Positions 1-9,933 of a DNA stretch of 64,000 nucleotides are shown here, piece after piece. The stretch's first letter is position 1; every line of letters starts with the position of its first letter. Source of the stretch: Candidatus Latescibacterota bacterium (lineage in GTDB: Bacteria; Latescibacterota; UBA2968; UBA8231); assembly GCA_965200315.1 (NCBI GenBank), contig OZ241362.1:4160001-4224000 (forward strand). Direction: 5' to 3'. The position numbers and the translations under genes are program-made. The notes under the pieces are model-generated. The model saw nothing but the letters and a program-made list of their open reading frames with translations, had not been told where the DNA came from and made no database searches.

Positions 1-345
1 ACCCTGCCAGCCATCTGGCGTCCGCACGCCCAAATCCCCGTAGTGTTCCTCGCTGGCTAAGGCGAGGTCGCCGATCGTCGCTCCGCTTTCTGGGTAAGCC
101 CCGCCTACGCCTACTTGCAAGACCCATAAGGGCCGCTGCGCCTGCAAGTAACAGGTGAGCGCGTACGCTGTGTTCACCGCGCCGATCCCGGTCGCCACCA
201 ACGTCAGCGGCTGCGCGCCAATTTTCCCACTCACCCATTCGCGCGCGGCGACTTTGCGCTGTACGCGCTCGGCCACGGCCTCCCTTAGAGCACGCTGCTC
301 AAAGGCCGTCGCGCTCAGCACGAGGATCTCTTCCGTGGCCGTCAT
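1..345 (-). CDS. mqnB: futalosine hydrolase (5' part; runs off the window)
   Basis: Own translation MTATEEILVLSATAFEQ...LVATGIGAVNTA...LQVGVGGAYPESG..IGDLALASEEHYGDLGV, a PNP/MTA-nucleosidase fold with the MqnB-type E.YGDLG motif; AGGAG RBS upstream. Confidence 0.75.
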   Translation of the reverse strand, partial: MTATEEILVLSATAFEQRALREAVAERVQRKVAAREWVSGKIGAQPLTLVATGIGAVNTAYALTCYLQAQRPLWVLQVGVGGAYPESGATIGDLALASEEHYGDLGVRTPDGWQG

Positions 346-525
346 TGGGCACTCCTGTTATAGCAACTCTGAATGACTTGAAAAATTCGAGAGGCAGCTC
401 GTCTTGTCTCTACTATGCTGCGTCTGTCTGCGTCCGTCTGCGGATTAATGCCGAATAATATACGGTTGACTGCACAGAGGGCCAGCCGTACAATCCGACC
501 AGTCACCCTTCTCCAGATCGCCCTT

Positions 526-1698
526 ATGCACATTTGCCACCTGCACATTTACTCGGTCGCCGTCCCCCGCGTGTACCACACCCGCGTAGCTCCCACGGGC
601 GGCCACAGCAAGAATGCCTCGCGCTACTACCTGCTGGAGCTCGCAACCAATACCGGCCTGCGCGGCCTCGGCGAAATCTCGGATCTAGAGGATGCGTGGC
701 AAGCGCCGTCGCCAGAGACCCTCTGTGAGACCCTGATGCCCCGGCTCGCCGGTGCTGATCCGCGCAAACGCCTCCCCGCTTGGGAGCGCGTGGCCGAGGC
801 ACTGCCCACCAGCTACCACCCGGAATTTCGTCGGCTCGTCTGCGCAGCCGTGGAAATGGCTTTGCTTGACCTCGCGGGCAAGTACTATAACGCCCCGGCT
901 CACGCGCTCTTAGGCGGCCAGTACCGGGACGCGCTACCCATCTCTTGGGTCGCGTACATCCGCAGTGCGGACGAGCTGGCAGAGGAAATTCAAGAAAAGG
1001 TCGCCGCGGGCTTTACGGCCTTTAAGCTCAAGGTAGGAGCCGACTTTGAGCTCGACTGCGAGCGCGTCCGCGTCTGCCGCCGGATCGTCGGCCCGGATGC
1101 GTACCTCAAGGCCGATGCCTCGGGCGCGTGGGAAGAAGAAGAGGCCATTGAGCGAATCCGCGAGTTGGCCGCGCTGGGCGTAGATGCGGTTGAGACGCCG
1201 CTCCAATGCGTCGCCCGCAAAGTGGCCAAGGACCATCCCGAACAGGTCAATGACGACCCAGACTCTGCCGCCTTGGCCTTGGCGAGGGTGCGCACGGCCG
1301 TGCCCACGGCCCTCATCGAACACGTCGCCGACTTTGACGACTCGTTTGCCCTCGCGCTCTTGCACCACCGGGCCGTCGATGCTTTCAACGTCGCGCCCGT
1401 CCAAGCTGGCAGCCTGCACCGCGCCCAGCGGCTGAGCCAGCTCGCCGCGGCCGCTGGCGTACCCGTTCTGCTCGGCAGCACGGTTGAGCTCGGCATTGGC
1501 ACGGCCGCGGCCGTGCATCTTGGCGTGGCCACTAAAGCCGTTTGCTCGCCCTCGGATTTGGTCGGCCCGGGCCTGTTGGCGAGCGATGTCGTCGCGCCGC
1601 GCTTGGCCTATCAGCAAGGCTGCCTGCACGCTCCGCCTGGGATAGGGTTGGGCGTCGAGTTGATCCCCGAGTTGATGGAACCGAAAGGAAGCCCATGA
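526..1698 (+). CDS. mandelate racemase/muconate lactonizing enzyme family (enolase superfamily)
   Basis: GLGE, 'AVEMALLDLAGK..NAP...LLGG' and FKLKVG motifs; start taken at ATG 526. Confidence 0.85.
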   Translation: MHICHLHIYSVAVPRVYHTRVAPTGGHSKNASRYYLLELATNTGLRGLGEISDLEDAWQAPSPETLCETLMPRLAGADPRKRLPAWERVAEALPTSYHPEFRRLVCAAVEMALLDLAGKYYNAPAHALLGGQYRDALPISWVAYIRSADELAEEIQEKVAAGFTAFKLKVGADFELDCERVRVCRRIVGPDAYLKADASGAWEEEEAIERIRELAALGVDAVETPLQCVARKVAKDHPEQVNDDPDSAALALARVRTAVPTALIEHVADFDDSFALALLHHRAVDAFNVAPVQAGSLHRAQRLSQLAAAAGVPVLLGSTVELGIGTAAAVHLGVATKAVCSPSDLVGPGLLASDVVAPRLAYQQGCLHAPPGIGLGVELIPELMEPKGSP

Positions 1699-2732
1699 GC
1701 CAACGCCTCTCCTATGCCAGCACGGGCGTCGATATAGATCAGACCGATGCGGCCAAGCGCACCATGGCCGCGAGCATGGAAACCGCAGACCCGCGTGTGC
1801 TCAACCGGATTGGCGCGTTTGCCACCCTGCTCGACGCCCGCTTCCCCGGCTACGCCCATCCGGTGCTGGTCCACAAGAGCGAGGAGCCGGGGTCGAAGCA
1901 GAAGTTGGCTTTTGCCCACGGCCGCCATCGCGGGGTCTGTTACGACATGGTCAACCACCTCATCAACGACATTATCGTCATGGGGGCCGAGCCGATTTCG
2001 CTCCAAGACGTCATCGTATGCGGGACAATGGATGGAGCCATCGTCAACGACCTTGTGGACGCCTTGGCCGACGCCTGTCGCCAACAGGGCTGCACCCTGA
2101 CCGGCGGCGAGACCTCGGTGCAGCCCGGCGTGGTCCCCGACGGCCTCTACGTGCTGACTGCCAGCGTCATTGGTGTCGTCGATAAGGACAACATCATCGA
2201 CGGTCGCGCCATTGAGGTGGGCGACCAAGTTGTAGCACTTGCTTCCAATGGCTTGCACACCAACGGCTACACGCTGGTACGCGCCCTCTTAGACCGGCAA
2301 CCCGATCTGCTCACCACAAACGTGGCGGGCGAATCCTTCCTCGAAGCGGTACTCAAGCCCCATACCTGTTACTTGCAGGCCGTGCGCGGACTTTTCACCG
2401 ACTCCGGCCTCCACGGCATGGCCCACATCACCGGCGGCGGCCTCCGCGACAACCTCCGCCGCATCTTGCCGCCGGGCATCAGTGCTCAGCTCGATTTAGC
2501 GGCTCTACAGAGCCCACCAGTCTTCCGCACCTTGCGCTTAGCAGGCGACTTAGAGGAAGCGGACATGCTGCACACGTTTAATATGGGCGTGGGCATGGCA
2601 CTGGTGGTCGCGCCCGAAGCCGTGGAACCGGTGCTGGTCCACTTAGAAGCCCAAGACTGTCGGGCCTATCGGCTCGGGAAAATCGTGGATGGCGAGCAAG
2701 AGGTCGCCTTGCAGGGGGCGCTCGCCTCGTAG
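1695..2732 (+). CDS. purM: phosphoribosylformylglycinamidine cyclo-ligase (AIR synthetase)
   Basis: LSYASTGVDID, GGET, SNGLHTNGYTL, MAHITGGG and TFNMGVG motifs; ATGA overlap with the upstream gene. Confidence 0.9.
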   Translation: MSQRLSYASTGVDIDQTDAAKRTMAASMETADPRVLNRIGAFATLLDARFPGYAHPVLVHKSEEPGSKQKLAFAHGRHRGVCYDMVNHLINDIIVMGAEPISLQDVIVCGTMDGAIVNDLVDALADACRQQGCTLTGGETSVQPGVVPDGLYVLTASVIGVVDKDNIIDGRAIEVGDQVVALASNGLHTNGYTLVRALLDRQPDLLTTNVAGESFLEAVLKPHTCYLQAVRGLFTDSGLHGMAHITGGGLRDNLRRILPPGISAQLDLAALQSPPVFRTLRLAGDLEEADMLHTFNMGVGMALVVAPEAVEPVLVHLEAQDCRAYRLGKIVDGEQEVALQGALAS

Positions 2733-2883
2733 AATTGGGCCTGTGCGCCCCGTCTAGTCTGGGCGCAGCTCGGTTTCTACCTGTGTCGCCGCGCTGCCAC
2801 TGATCTGCATCCCCGCCTACCTGTGCATGCCTGTCCCTGCTATGAGCAGATACATCATTTGGCGGAGCTTCATAGCGCGCTCC

Positions 2884-3534
2884 TCAGCGGCTGGCCCACA
2901 GCATCCCGCGCCGCTGGATCTCACGCGCTTCGGGCACGTCGAAATCTCTCGCCACGTGGCCTAGCGACGAGTAGAACACCCGGCCCGCTCCCCACGCCCG
3001 CTTCCACACCACCGGCATGACCGTGCCGTTGACCCAAGGCGCACTTTGACGGCCTTCTAGGGTCGTGGTGGCGAGCACCTCATTGCCCGGATCGGTGTGC
3101 ATGTAGTACTGCTCGGAGTGCATCTGAAAGTCGTCTAGGCCAGCGACGATCGGGTCGTCTGGGGCCGCGATGTTCACTGTGTAGTCGATAATGCCGTCTG
3201 GGTGGGCGACAAACTGGCCGCCGACCATGAACTGATAGGTGGTATTGTTGCGGAACGAATCGGCCATGCAGCCGTGCCAGCCCGCTATGCCGGCCCCGCG
3301 CTCAACGGCCGCGAGCAGCCCTTGTTCCTGCTCTCCTTCGATCTGGCCCATCGTCCACGCCGGCACCACCAAATCCTGCTCGGCCATTAGGTCGCGATCT
3401 TTGTACGCGTCGAGGGTGTCCGAAATGGTTACCACGAACCCTTTTTCTTCTAGAACAGGGGCAAAAATATCGACGCACTGTTTGGGCTCATGCCCCTCCC
3501 AGCCGCCCCAAACCATGATTGCTTTTTTGGCCAT
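2884..3534 (-). CDS. ThuA domain-containing protein
   Basis: [19 protein letters not shown] and [10 protein letters not shown] motifs. Confidence 0.9.
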   Translation of the reverse strand: MAKKAIMVWGGWEGHEPKQCVDIFAPVLEEKGFVVTISDTLDAYKDRDLMAEQDLVVPAWTMGQIEGEQEQGLLAAVERGAGIAGWHGCMADSFRNNTTYQFMVGGQFVAHPDGIIDYTVNIAAPDDPIVAGLDDFQMHSEQYYMHTDPGNEVLATTTLEGRQSAPWVNGTVMPVVWKRAWGAGRVFYSSLGHVARDFDVPEAREIQRRGMLWASR

Positions 3535-3549
3535 GACGCTCCTTTTGCG

Positions 3550-4305
3550 TTATCTGGCGCCACGCGCCAGCTCGCTACCAACGAGATATTGATAGCTTTT
3601 TTCTACGGCTTCCATCATGTCGGTCGCACAGCGGTCCAACTCGACGATCAGCCAGTCGCAGGTGCCGTGGCTGGCCTCGATAATGGGCGGGAAATCCATG
3701 GCCCCTTCGCCGACGGCGAGCATGTCCTGCGCGGGGTCGCATGGGCCGTCCTTGATGTGCAAAAGCGGCGCTCGCTCGCCCAGCTCCTCGACTATCTGCA
3801 CAGAGTCGCCGCCGCCGGTATTGACCCAGTAGGTATCGACCTGAAAGAAGATGGACTCGTCCAACTCGTCGATTAGGTGCTCAAAACCCGGACGCCCTTT
3901 CACTTCTTGGAATTCCCACCAGTGGTTGTGCAGGCCCAACTCCAACCCGTTCTCGGCGGCGATCTCGGCGGCTTGGTTCCAGCGGTCGCAGAGCGCCTTG
4001 AGCGCGTCCTCGTTCGCGAAGGCATCGCGCGGTGTGGAGCTTACCACGCGGGTGGCCTCCAACTCGTGGGCTAGTTCGATGACTTGATTTTTTTGCTTGC
4101 CCAAGGGTAGCTGCGTATGCACGCTGCATACGTCTAACCCTAGATCGGCAAATAGGTTGCTGGCTTCATCTACTGAGATGCCGGGAAATCCGGCCGTCTC
4201 GACGCCCACGTACCCTATTTCGGCAATCCGGGTGACCACGGACTTGAAGTTTTGCGCGAGGGCGTCGCGGACCGTGTAGAGTTGAAGTGCTATGGGGGCA
4301 GCCAT
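3550..4305 (-). CDS. sugar phosphate isomerase/epimerase (xylose isomerase-like TIM barrel)
   Basis: IALQLYTVRD, HNHWWEF, DTYW, LHIKD and VELD motifs; start at MAAPIAL after AAGGA. Confidence 0.88.
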   Translation of the reverse strand: MAAPIALQLYTVRDALAQNFKSVVTRIAEIGYVGVETAGFPGISVDEASNLFADLGLDVCSVHTQLPLGKQKNQVIELAHELEATRVVSSTPRDAFANEDALKALCDRWNQAAEIAAENGLELGLHNHWWEFQEVKGRPGFEHLIDELDESIFFQVDTYWVNTGGGDSVQIVEELGERAPLLHIKDGPCDPAQDMLAVGEGAMDFPPIIEASHGTCDWLIVELDRCATDMMEAVEKSYQYLVGSELARGAR

Positions 4306-4535
4306 TTCTTCATTCCTTGTGGGTGAGAGATTTGATAGGGATATGAAAGTTAAAGCGATAGCTAAGGCGGTGTGCGAATGGTCCGGCGTCGATAGTCGAT
4401 AAAGGACTCGTGTGTAAGTCCGATAATTAAAGGAAAAAAATAAGCCGGTAGGCAAATTAATTTGCAATGACTCTGTACTTGCTGCACCGCTGGCTCACTC
4501 CTACATTAGCCGCTCCAACCAAGGAGCAATTGCCA

Positions 4536-5609
4536 ATGAGCACTCAAGACAAAGTGCGCCTCGGGTTTGTCGGCGCTGGTTGGTGGGGCACCAGCAACCA
4601 CATGCCCGTTTTTGCCGCCCGCGACGACGTCGAACTGACGGCCGTGTGCCGCTTGGGCCAAGCCGAGCTAGAGCAGGTGCGGGACCACTTCGGATTCGCG
4701 TTTGCCACCGAGGACTACCGAGAGTTACTGACCCACTGCGAACTCGACGGGGTCGTGGTGGCCTCGCCGCACCCCCTGCACTACGAACACGCCCGCGCGG
4801 CCTTGGAGGCGGGCCTGCACGTGATGTGCGAAAAACCCCTGACCACCCGCGCTGCCCACGCGCGCGAGTTGGTGCGCCTCGCCGCGGAGCGAGATTGCCA
4901 TCTGCTCGTGCCCTACGGCTGGCACCACAAGCGGTTTATCCAGCGGGCCAAGGCGCTGATGGACGAGCAAGCCATCGGCGATGTCGAATTCGCGCTCTGC
5001 CACATGGCCTCGCCGATCCGCGCCCTGCTGTCGGGTGAGGAGGTGGATGTGTCCGATATTTCCGGGCAGGACAGTGCCAGCCTCTTTGGCCCCACGCCCT
5101 CGACGTGGGCCGATCCCGCCATTGCCGAGGGCGGCTACGCTCACGCGCAAATATCGCACTCCTCGGGGCTGCTGTTTTGGCTGTCCGGGCTGCGCGCCGA
5201 GCGCGTCTTTGCCGCCATGAGCGCGCCCGGCTCCGAGGTTGAGCTGTACGACGCGCTAACCGTGCGCTTTACTTCGGGGGCCATCGGCACGGTCAGCGGT
5301 GCGGGCAATGTGCCCACAGACCAGACCTTTCAGGTCGATGTGCGCCTGTTCGGCTCGGAGGGCATGCTGCTGGTCGATTGCGAGCGCGCCCGCATGCACC
5401 TGCGTCGCCACGATGGCCAACACGTCGTCGAGGAAGTCGCCGAAGACGCGGGGGCCTACGAGTGCGATGGTCCGCCCAACAACTTTGCCGACTTGCTCTT
5501 GGGCAAAACCGACGTGAACTGGACCCCAGGCGAAGCGGCCATGCGCGGGGTGGAGATGCTCGACGCAGCGTACCGCTCGGCCGCTTCGGGCCGAGAAGAG
5601 CAGGTGTAA
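4536..5609 (+). CDS. Gfo/Idh/MocA family oxidoreductase
   Basis: GFVGAG Rossmann motif, HVMCEKP; AAGGAG RBS. Confidence 0.9.
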   Translation: MSTQDKVRLGFVGAGWWGTSNHMPVFAARDDVELTAVCRLGQAELEQVRDHFGFAFATEDYRELLTHCELDGVVVASPHPLHYEHARAALEAGLHVMCEKPLTTRAAHARELVRLAAERDCHLLVPYGWHHKRFIQRAKALMDEQAIGDVEFALCHMASPIRALLSGEEVDVSDISGQDSASLFGPTPSTWADPAIAEGGYAHAQISHSSGLLFWLSGLRAERVFAAMSAPGSEVELYDALTVRFTSGAIGTVSGAGNVPTDQTFQVDVRLFGSEGMLLVDCERARMHLRRHDGQHVVEEVAEDAGAYECDGPPNNFADLLLGKTDVNWTPGEAAMRGVEMLDAAYRSAASGREEQV

Positions 5610-5633
5610 CATCGGCCCTTCTCGCCGGCGGTA

Positions 5634-6536
5634 ATGGCCTTTCTGCTCGACGTCATTGCCCCGCTTTTCCTGCTCATCGGCTGTGGCTATCTGTTGGGGC
5701 GGCGGCACTCTGTTGACCCCGCCCCCTTGGCCGATGTGGCCATATACATCTGCCTGCCCTTTTTGATGTTTGCGGCGCTGGTGCGCCACCCGGTTACCGG
5801 CGCGGCGGCGGCCCAAGCCTTCGCTTGGCAAGCTGGGATGTACGTGGTCAGCATGCCCGTCATCGCGCTCGTTGCGCATCTCGCCGGCTGGGACAAACCC
5901 ACTCGCAGCGCGGTCACTCTTTCCCTGCCCACGGTCAACATCGCCTCGTATGGCGTCCCTGTAGTGCTGTTCGCGTTTGGCGACGAGGCCCTGGCGATAG
6001 TCATGCTGCTCTTTGTGTACGGCAATGTTATGGCCGCGTCGCTGGGCACCTACATCGCCGCTGGCGGGCGGCAAAGTCCGCGGCAAGCGTTCAAGAGCAT
6101 TTTCAGGCTGCCGCTTATTTACGCTGCGGCATTAGCCTTGGCCGTCAATGCCCTCGCCGTGCCGATCCCGGTTTCCATCCTCGACGCGGCCGATCTGATC
6201 GGCAAAGCCGGCCCGATCCTCGCCATCCTCCTCCTCGGAGTCCAAGTCTCGCACATCCCCATCCGCGGTCCCAGCTCGGCGGTTTTGTACGGAGGCATTG
6301 GCGCCAAGGTTCTGTTGGGACCGGCGATTGGCATCGGCCTGACGCTGCTCATCGGCGCACAGGGCGCGGTGCGCGACGTGCTGCTGTTGTGCTCCTGCCT
6401 GCCTACGGCCATCAATGCCCTCATCCTCACCGTGCGCTTTGACGCGCGCCCCGATCTGCTCGGCGGCATTCTCATTGGCTCGACTTTGTGGAGCCCGCTC
6501 GGGCTGTCGATTCTGCTCTATTGGATCGGCCCCTAG
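5634..6536 (+). CDS. AEC (auxin efflux carrier) family transporter
   Basis: About 10 hydrophobic segments; N.A.YGVP and LPTAIN motifs. Confidence 0.85.
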   Translation: MAFLLDVIAPLFLLIGCGYLLGRRHSVDPAPLADVAIYICLPFLMFAALVRHPVTGAAAAQAFAWQAGMYVVSMPVIALVAHLAGWDKPTRSAVTLSLPTVNIASYGVPVVLFAFGDEALAIVMLLFVYGNVMAASLGTYIAAGGRQSPRQAFKSIFRLPLIYAAALALAVNALAVPIPVSILDAADLIGKAGPILAILLLGVQVSHIPIRGPSSAVLYGGIGAKVLLGPAIGIGLTLLIGAQGAVRDVLLLCSCLPTAINALILTVRFDARPDLLGGILIGSTLWSPLGLSILLYWIGP

Positions 6537-6652
6537 CGCTAGCCTGATTTGGTCTTATTTCGCGTTTTCTAAAAGTTTTTTGCATCCCCTTGACACTGTT
6601 TTACGCCCCCTCGTAACTAATTTATAGGGCAACGATAAACTCTCGCGGCCGC

Positions 6653-6689
6653 GTCGCCCTGTGCCCCTGTGAGGGGCGTGTATTGAAAC
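6653..6689 (+). repeat. solitary CRISPR-repeat-like unit (type I-C style)
   Basis: GTCGCCCTGTGCCCCTGTGAGGGGCGTGTATTGAAAC: GTCGC start, GCCCCT/AGGGGC hairpin, ATTGAAAC end; single copy in the window. Confidence 0.55.
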
Positions 6690-6702
6690 GAGGAGAATGA
6701 AA

Positions 6703-6852
6703 ATGATAGGCGTACATCGCTTCGACATGTGCGGCGTCCCGCGCATAGACGCTGGGAGCAATCTATATGGTGAGTGCGCCTGTCTAGCCGTCGATATGCA
6801 ACTCAAAAAGACCCTATTCGCGCCGAGAGGACGGGGCTGTGTCCCCGGCTGA
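6703..6852 (+). CDS. putative small Cys-containing protein (49 aa)
   Basis: GAGGAG RBS 7 nt before ATG; MIGVHRFDMCGVPRIDAGSNLYGECACLAVDMQLKKTLFAPRGRGCVPG; followed by a strong terminator. Confidence 0.35.
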   Translation: MIGVHRFDMCGVPRIDAGSNLYGECACLAVDMQLKKTLFAPRGRGCVPG

Positions 6853-6881
6853 GCTCGCCTTTGCGAGAAGCTCAACGTGGC

Positions 6882-6927
6882 AAGAGGCCGTGGCGCGAAA
6901 AGATAACGCGCTGCGGCCTCTTTTTTT
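6882..6927 (+). terminator. intrinsic terminator
   Basis: AAGAGGCCGTGGCGCG / CGCGCTGCGGCCTCTT stem followed by a T7 run. Confidence 0.8.
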
Positions 6928-6937
6928 GTGCGCAGGC

Positions 6938-6967
6938 TTGACACTGTTATTTCGCGTTCATTATAGT
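6938..6967 (+). promoter_or_regulatory. sigma70-like promoter
   Basis: TTGACA, 18-nt spacer, TATAGT in an AT-rich stretch. Confidence 0.55.
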
Positions 6968-7238
6968 ATATAAGTATTGATGAACATTTGTGCAGTAAAA
7001 TGGATGCCAAAAAATGAAAACCAACGAGAAAACTCAGTACCTCAACACCGCCTCTGGCGGTGCCAAGATGCGCGTTGTGCTTAGGGCCGGCCGGGTCATC
7101 GACGCGCGCCAGCGCTTCGCCGCTTTGCGGCGCGGCCTAGACAGCGGGACGCTGCCGCCCACACCGGGCGGACGGCAGCGGGTCTGCGCGACATTCACCA
7201 AGCCAACCAAGGACCTCATCGCAAGGAGCAAGACCACT

Positions 7239-7331
7239 ATGCGACGCGAGATCATCAACCAAGGACTGATGTACGTACTCATCAGCCTCTTTGTATTCGC
7301 GATGATGCCGCTCCTGCGCTTCCTCAGCTAA
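7239..7331 (+). CDS. small membrane protein (30 aa; the ORF could extend upstream to 7014)
   Basis: AAGGAG upstream; MRREIINQGLMYVLISLFVFAMMPLLRFLS contains one hydrophobic helix. Confidence 0.4.
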   Translation: MRREIINQGLMYVLISLFVFAMMPLLRFLS

Positions 7332-7435
7332 TGGCTCTTTGACGCGCAGCGGCATTGCAAAACCGGCCTAGGGCAGCGGCCGCGACCGCTGTCTTAGGCC
7401 CCATTAACCCCTCAACTTTAGGACGCAGAAAAAAC

Positions 7436-9889
7436 ATGCAAAACTGCAAGACAAACGCTTGCTTTAGGCTTATCAACTGGTTGTGTTGCTTAGGCTCGGT
7501 GGCCTGTGCAGTCCTCGGCCCCCGCGTTCTGCACGCCCACCAAGCGCCGGACCGTGCGCTCGACGCCGTGCGCCTAGAAGGTGCTCGTCCGCAGATCGAC
7601 GGCGTGCTCGACGATCCGGTGTGGCAGCAAGCCCCAATTTTTACGGGTTTTGTCCAGCGCGAGCCCGAAGAAGGGCAGCCGGCGAGCGAAAAGACCACCG
7701 TACAGTTGGCCTACGACGACGAGGCCCTCTACGTGGGGGTCATGGCCTACGATTCGGCACCCGAGCAGATCGTCTCGCGCTTGGTGCGCCGCGACCAGTG
7801 GCCCGAAGCCGATTGGATCCAAATTAGCTTAGACACGCATCACGATCACCAGACGGGCTACGCCTTTACAGTGTATGCCGGCGGGTCGATCTACGACGCT
7901 GTAATCCGGGATTACGGTTGGGACAACGACACTTGGAACGGCGTGTGGGAATCCGCGCATAGCATCGGCGCACAGGGGTGGAGCGTGGAGTTTGCCATTC
8001 CGCTCCACAACCTCCGCTTTAGCAGCGGCGGGGACTGGGGCATCAACATCGCCCGCTACATCAGCCGCAAGAAGGAACAAGCCTTCTGGGTTATGGTTCC
8101 GCGCAAAGAAAGCGGCTGGGTCTCGCGCTTTGCCCACTTGGAGGGCTTGGCGGACATCGAATCTAAGCGCACACTGGAGCTTTTGCCCTACTCGGTGGGC
8201 CGCTCCACCTTTGCCGGGGCGCGCAAATCATTCGGCAATGTCGGCGCAGACTTGCGCTATGGGCTGTCGTCGAATATGTCGCTCAACGCCACGATCAACC
8301 CGGATTTCGGCCAAGTGGAAGCCGACCCGGCCGAGCTCAACTTGTCGGTCTTTGAGACGTTCCAAGAAGAGCACCGCCCTTTCTTCGTGGAGGACAGCGA
8401 GGCGTTCAACACCCCAATCGACCTGTTCTACTCGCGGCGCATTGGCCGCCAGCCCGGCTATCACGCGCTGCCCGACGGGCACTCTGCCCTCGACGAGAGC
8501 GAGTCCACCACCATTCTCGGTGCGGCCAAGCTGACGGGCAAGACCGCGTCTAAGACCACCTTCGGCCTGCTGACAGCCCTTACCGCCAAGGAGTACGCAC
8601 GCATTGCAACGACCGTGGTGCGCGAGGTATCCGGCGAGCAATCTCAAGGGCACCGCGCCTTCCTCGTCGAGCCGCGCACCCACTTTCTCGTCGGCCGCGT
8701 CAAGCAGGATCTATTTGCTGGCAACTCGCACATCGGCCTCTTGGGCACGGCCGTGCAGCGCGCCCGCGCCCGCGACGCCTATACCGGCGGCGTGGATTGG
8801 ACCCTCAAGTGGCGCGACAACGGCTACACCTTTTGGGGCCAGCTCGCCGGCAGCCGCGCCACAGTGGATGACCAACGTCGCAGTGGTTTGGGCAATATGG
8901 CGGTCTTGAGCAAGAACAGCGGCTGGTTGCGCGGCGAGCTTTGGTGGGAGGCCTATTCGCGGCATTTCGAGATCAGCGACCTAGGCTTCCAATGGCGCAG
9001 CGACTTCTACAACCCTTGGCTCTGGGTCCAGCTACGCAAGGAAGAAGACTGGGCCATCTTCCGCCGCAGTTTCTACAATTTCAACCGCTGGGGCACTTGG
9101 AACTTCGACCGCACCAACCTGCAAAACGGCTTTGACTTCAACACTCACCACCAGCTCAAAAACTACTGGTGGGTCCACTTCGACTACTACCATCTGTGGC
9201 GGTCCTTCGACGATCTCGACACGCGCGGCGGCCCCCTAATCGCGAGGCCGGCAAACGACGGCTTTGCGATTGAGCTGGAAAGCGACGACCGCTTCATGGT
9301 CAGCGGCTGGGTCGAGTTTGAATGGGAGAACAACTCGGTCGGCAGCACCCGCCGCGAAGTTTCCGGCAGCATCCGCATCCGGCCGACCTCGCGGTTTGAA
9401 GTCAGCCTGCGGCCGCGCTATAACTGGGCTTTCAACGATGCCCAGTGGGTCGAAAACTTCGATGCGGACGCCGACGGCGAAGACGATCAATTCACGTATG
9501 GGGAGCTAGACAGCCAAACCCTCGATCTGACGACGCGGGCCAACATCCTCTTCAGCCGCGACTTGAGCTTGGAGCTCTATGTGCAGCCTTTTATTAGCGC
9601 GGGCCAGTACGCCAACTTCAAGGAATTGGCACAGCCGCGTTCCTACTCGTTTGTCGCGCATCCCGGCCCAGCGAAAAGCCCTGATTTTCGCAACCGCTCC
9701 CTGCACAGCAACGCCGTCCTGCGCTGGGAGTACAAACCGGGTAGCACCCTTTTCGTCGTGTGGTCGCAGTTCCGCGACTCCGACTCCGACATGGGCGCAT
9801 TTCGCCCCGGGTACAACCTGCGGCGCAGCTTTGTCGATGAGGGGACCAATATCTTCTTGGTGAAGCTCAACTATTGGCTGCACATCTAG
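7436..9889 (+). CDS. CBM9-like/DUF5916 outer-membrane protein
   Basis: Signal-like N-terminus, IDGVLDDPVW, NATINPDFGQVEAD, LFYSRRIG and C-terminal FLVKLNYW beta-barrel signature. Confidence 0.85.
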   Translation: MQNCKTNACFRLINWLCCLGSVACAVLGPRVLHAHQAPDRALDAVRLEGARPQIDGVLDDPVWQQAPIFTGFVQREPEEGQPASEKTTVQLAYDDEALYVGVMAYDSAPEQIVSRLVRRDQWPEADWIQISLDTHHDHQTGYAFTVYAGGSIYDAVIRDYGWDNDTWNGVWESAHSIGAQGWSVEFAIPLHNLRFSSGGDWGINIARYISRKKEQAFWVMVPRKESGWVSRFAHLEGLADIESKRTLELLPYSVGRSTFAGARKSFGNVGADLRYGLSSNMSLNATINPDFGQVEADPAELNLSVFETFQEEHRPFFVEDSEAFNTPIDLFYSRRIGRQPGYHALPDGHSALDESESTTILGAAKLTGKTASKTTFGLLTALTAKEYARIATTVVREVSGEQSQGHRAFLVEPRTHFLVGRVKQDLFAGNSHIGLLGTAVQRARARDAYTGGVDWTLKWRDNGYTFWGQLAGSRATVDDQRRSGLGNMAVLSKNSGWLRGELWWEAYSRHFEISDLGFQWRSDFYNPWLWVQLRKEEDWAIFRRSFYNFNRWGTWNFDRTNLQNGFDFNTHHQLKNYWWVHFDYYHLWRSFDDLDTRGGPLIARPANDGFAIELESDDRFMVSGWVEFEWENNSVGSTRREVSGSIRIRPTSRFEVSLRPRYNWAFNDAQWVENFDADADGEDDQFTYGELDSQTLDLTTRANILFSRDLSLELYVQPFISAGQYANFKELAQPRSYSFVAHPGPAKSPDFRNRSLHSNAVLRWEYKPGSTLFVVWSQFRDSDSDMGAFRPGYNLRRSFVDEGTNIFLVKLNYWLHI

Positions 9890-9895
9890 CACTTG

Positions 9896-9933
9896 GCCCC
9901 TGCCGCGCAAGTTTGCGGTAGGGGCTTTTTTTT
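9896..9933 (+). terminator. intrinsic terminator between convergent genes
   Basis: GCCCCTGCCGC / GCGGTAGGGGC stem followed by T8. Confidence 0.8.
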
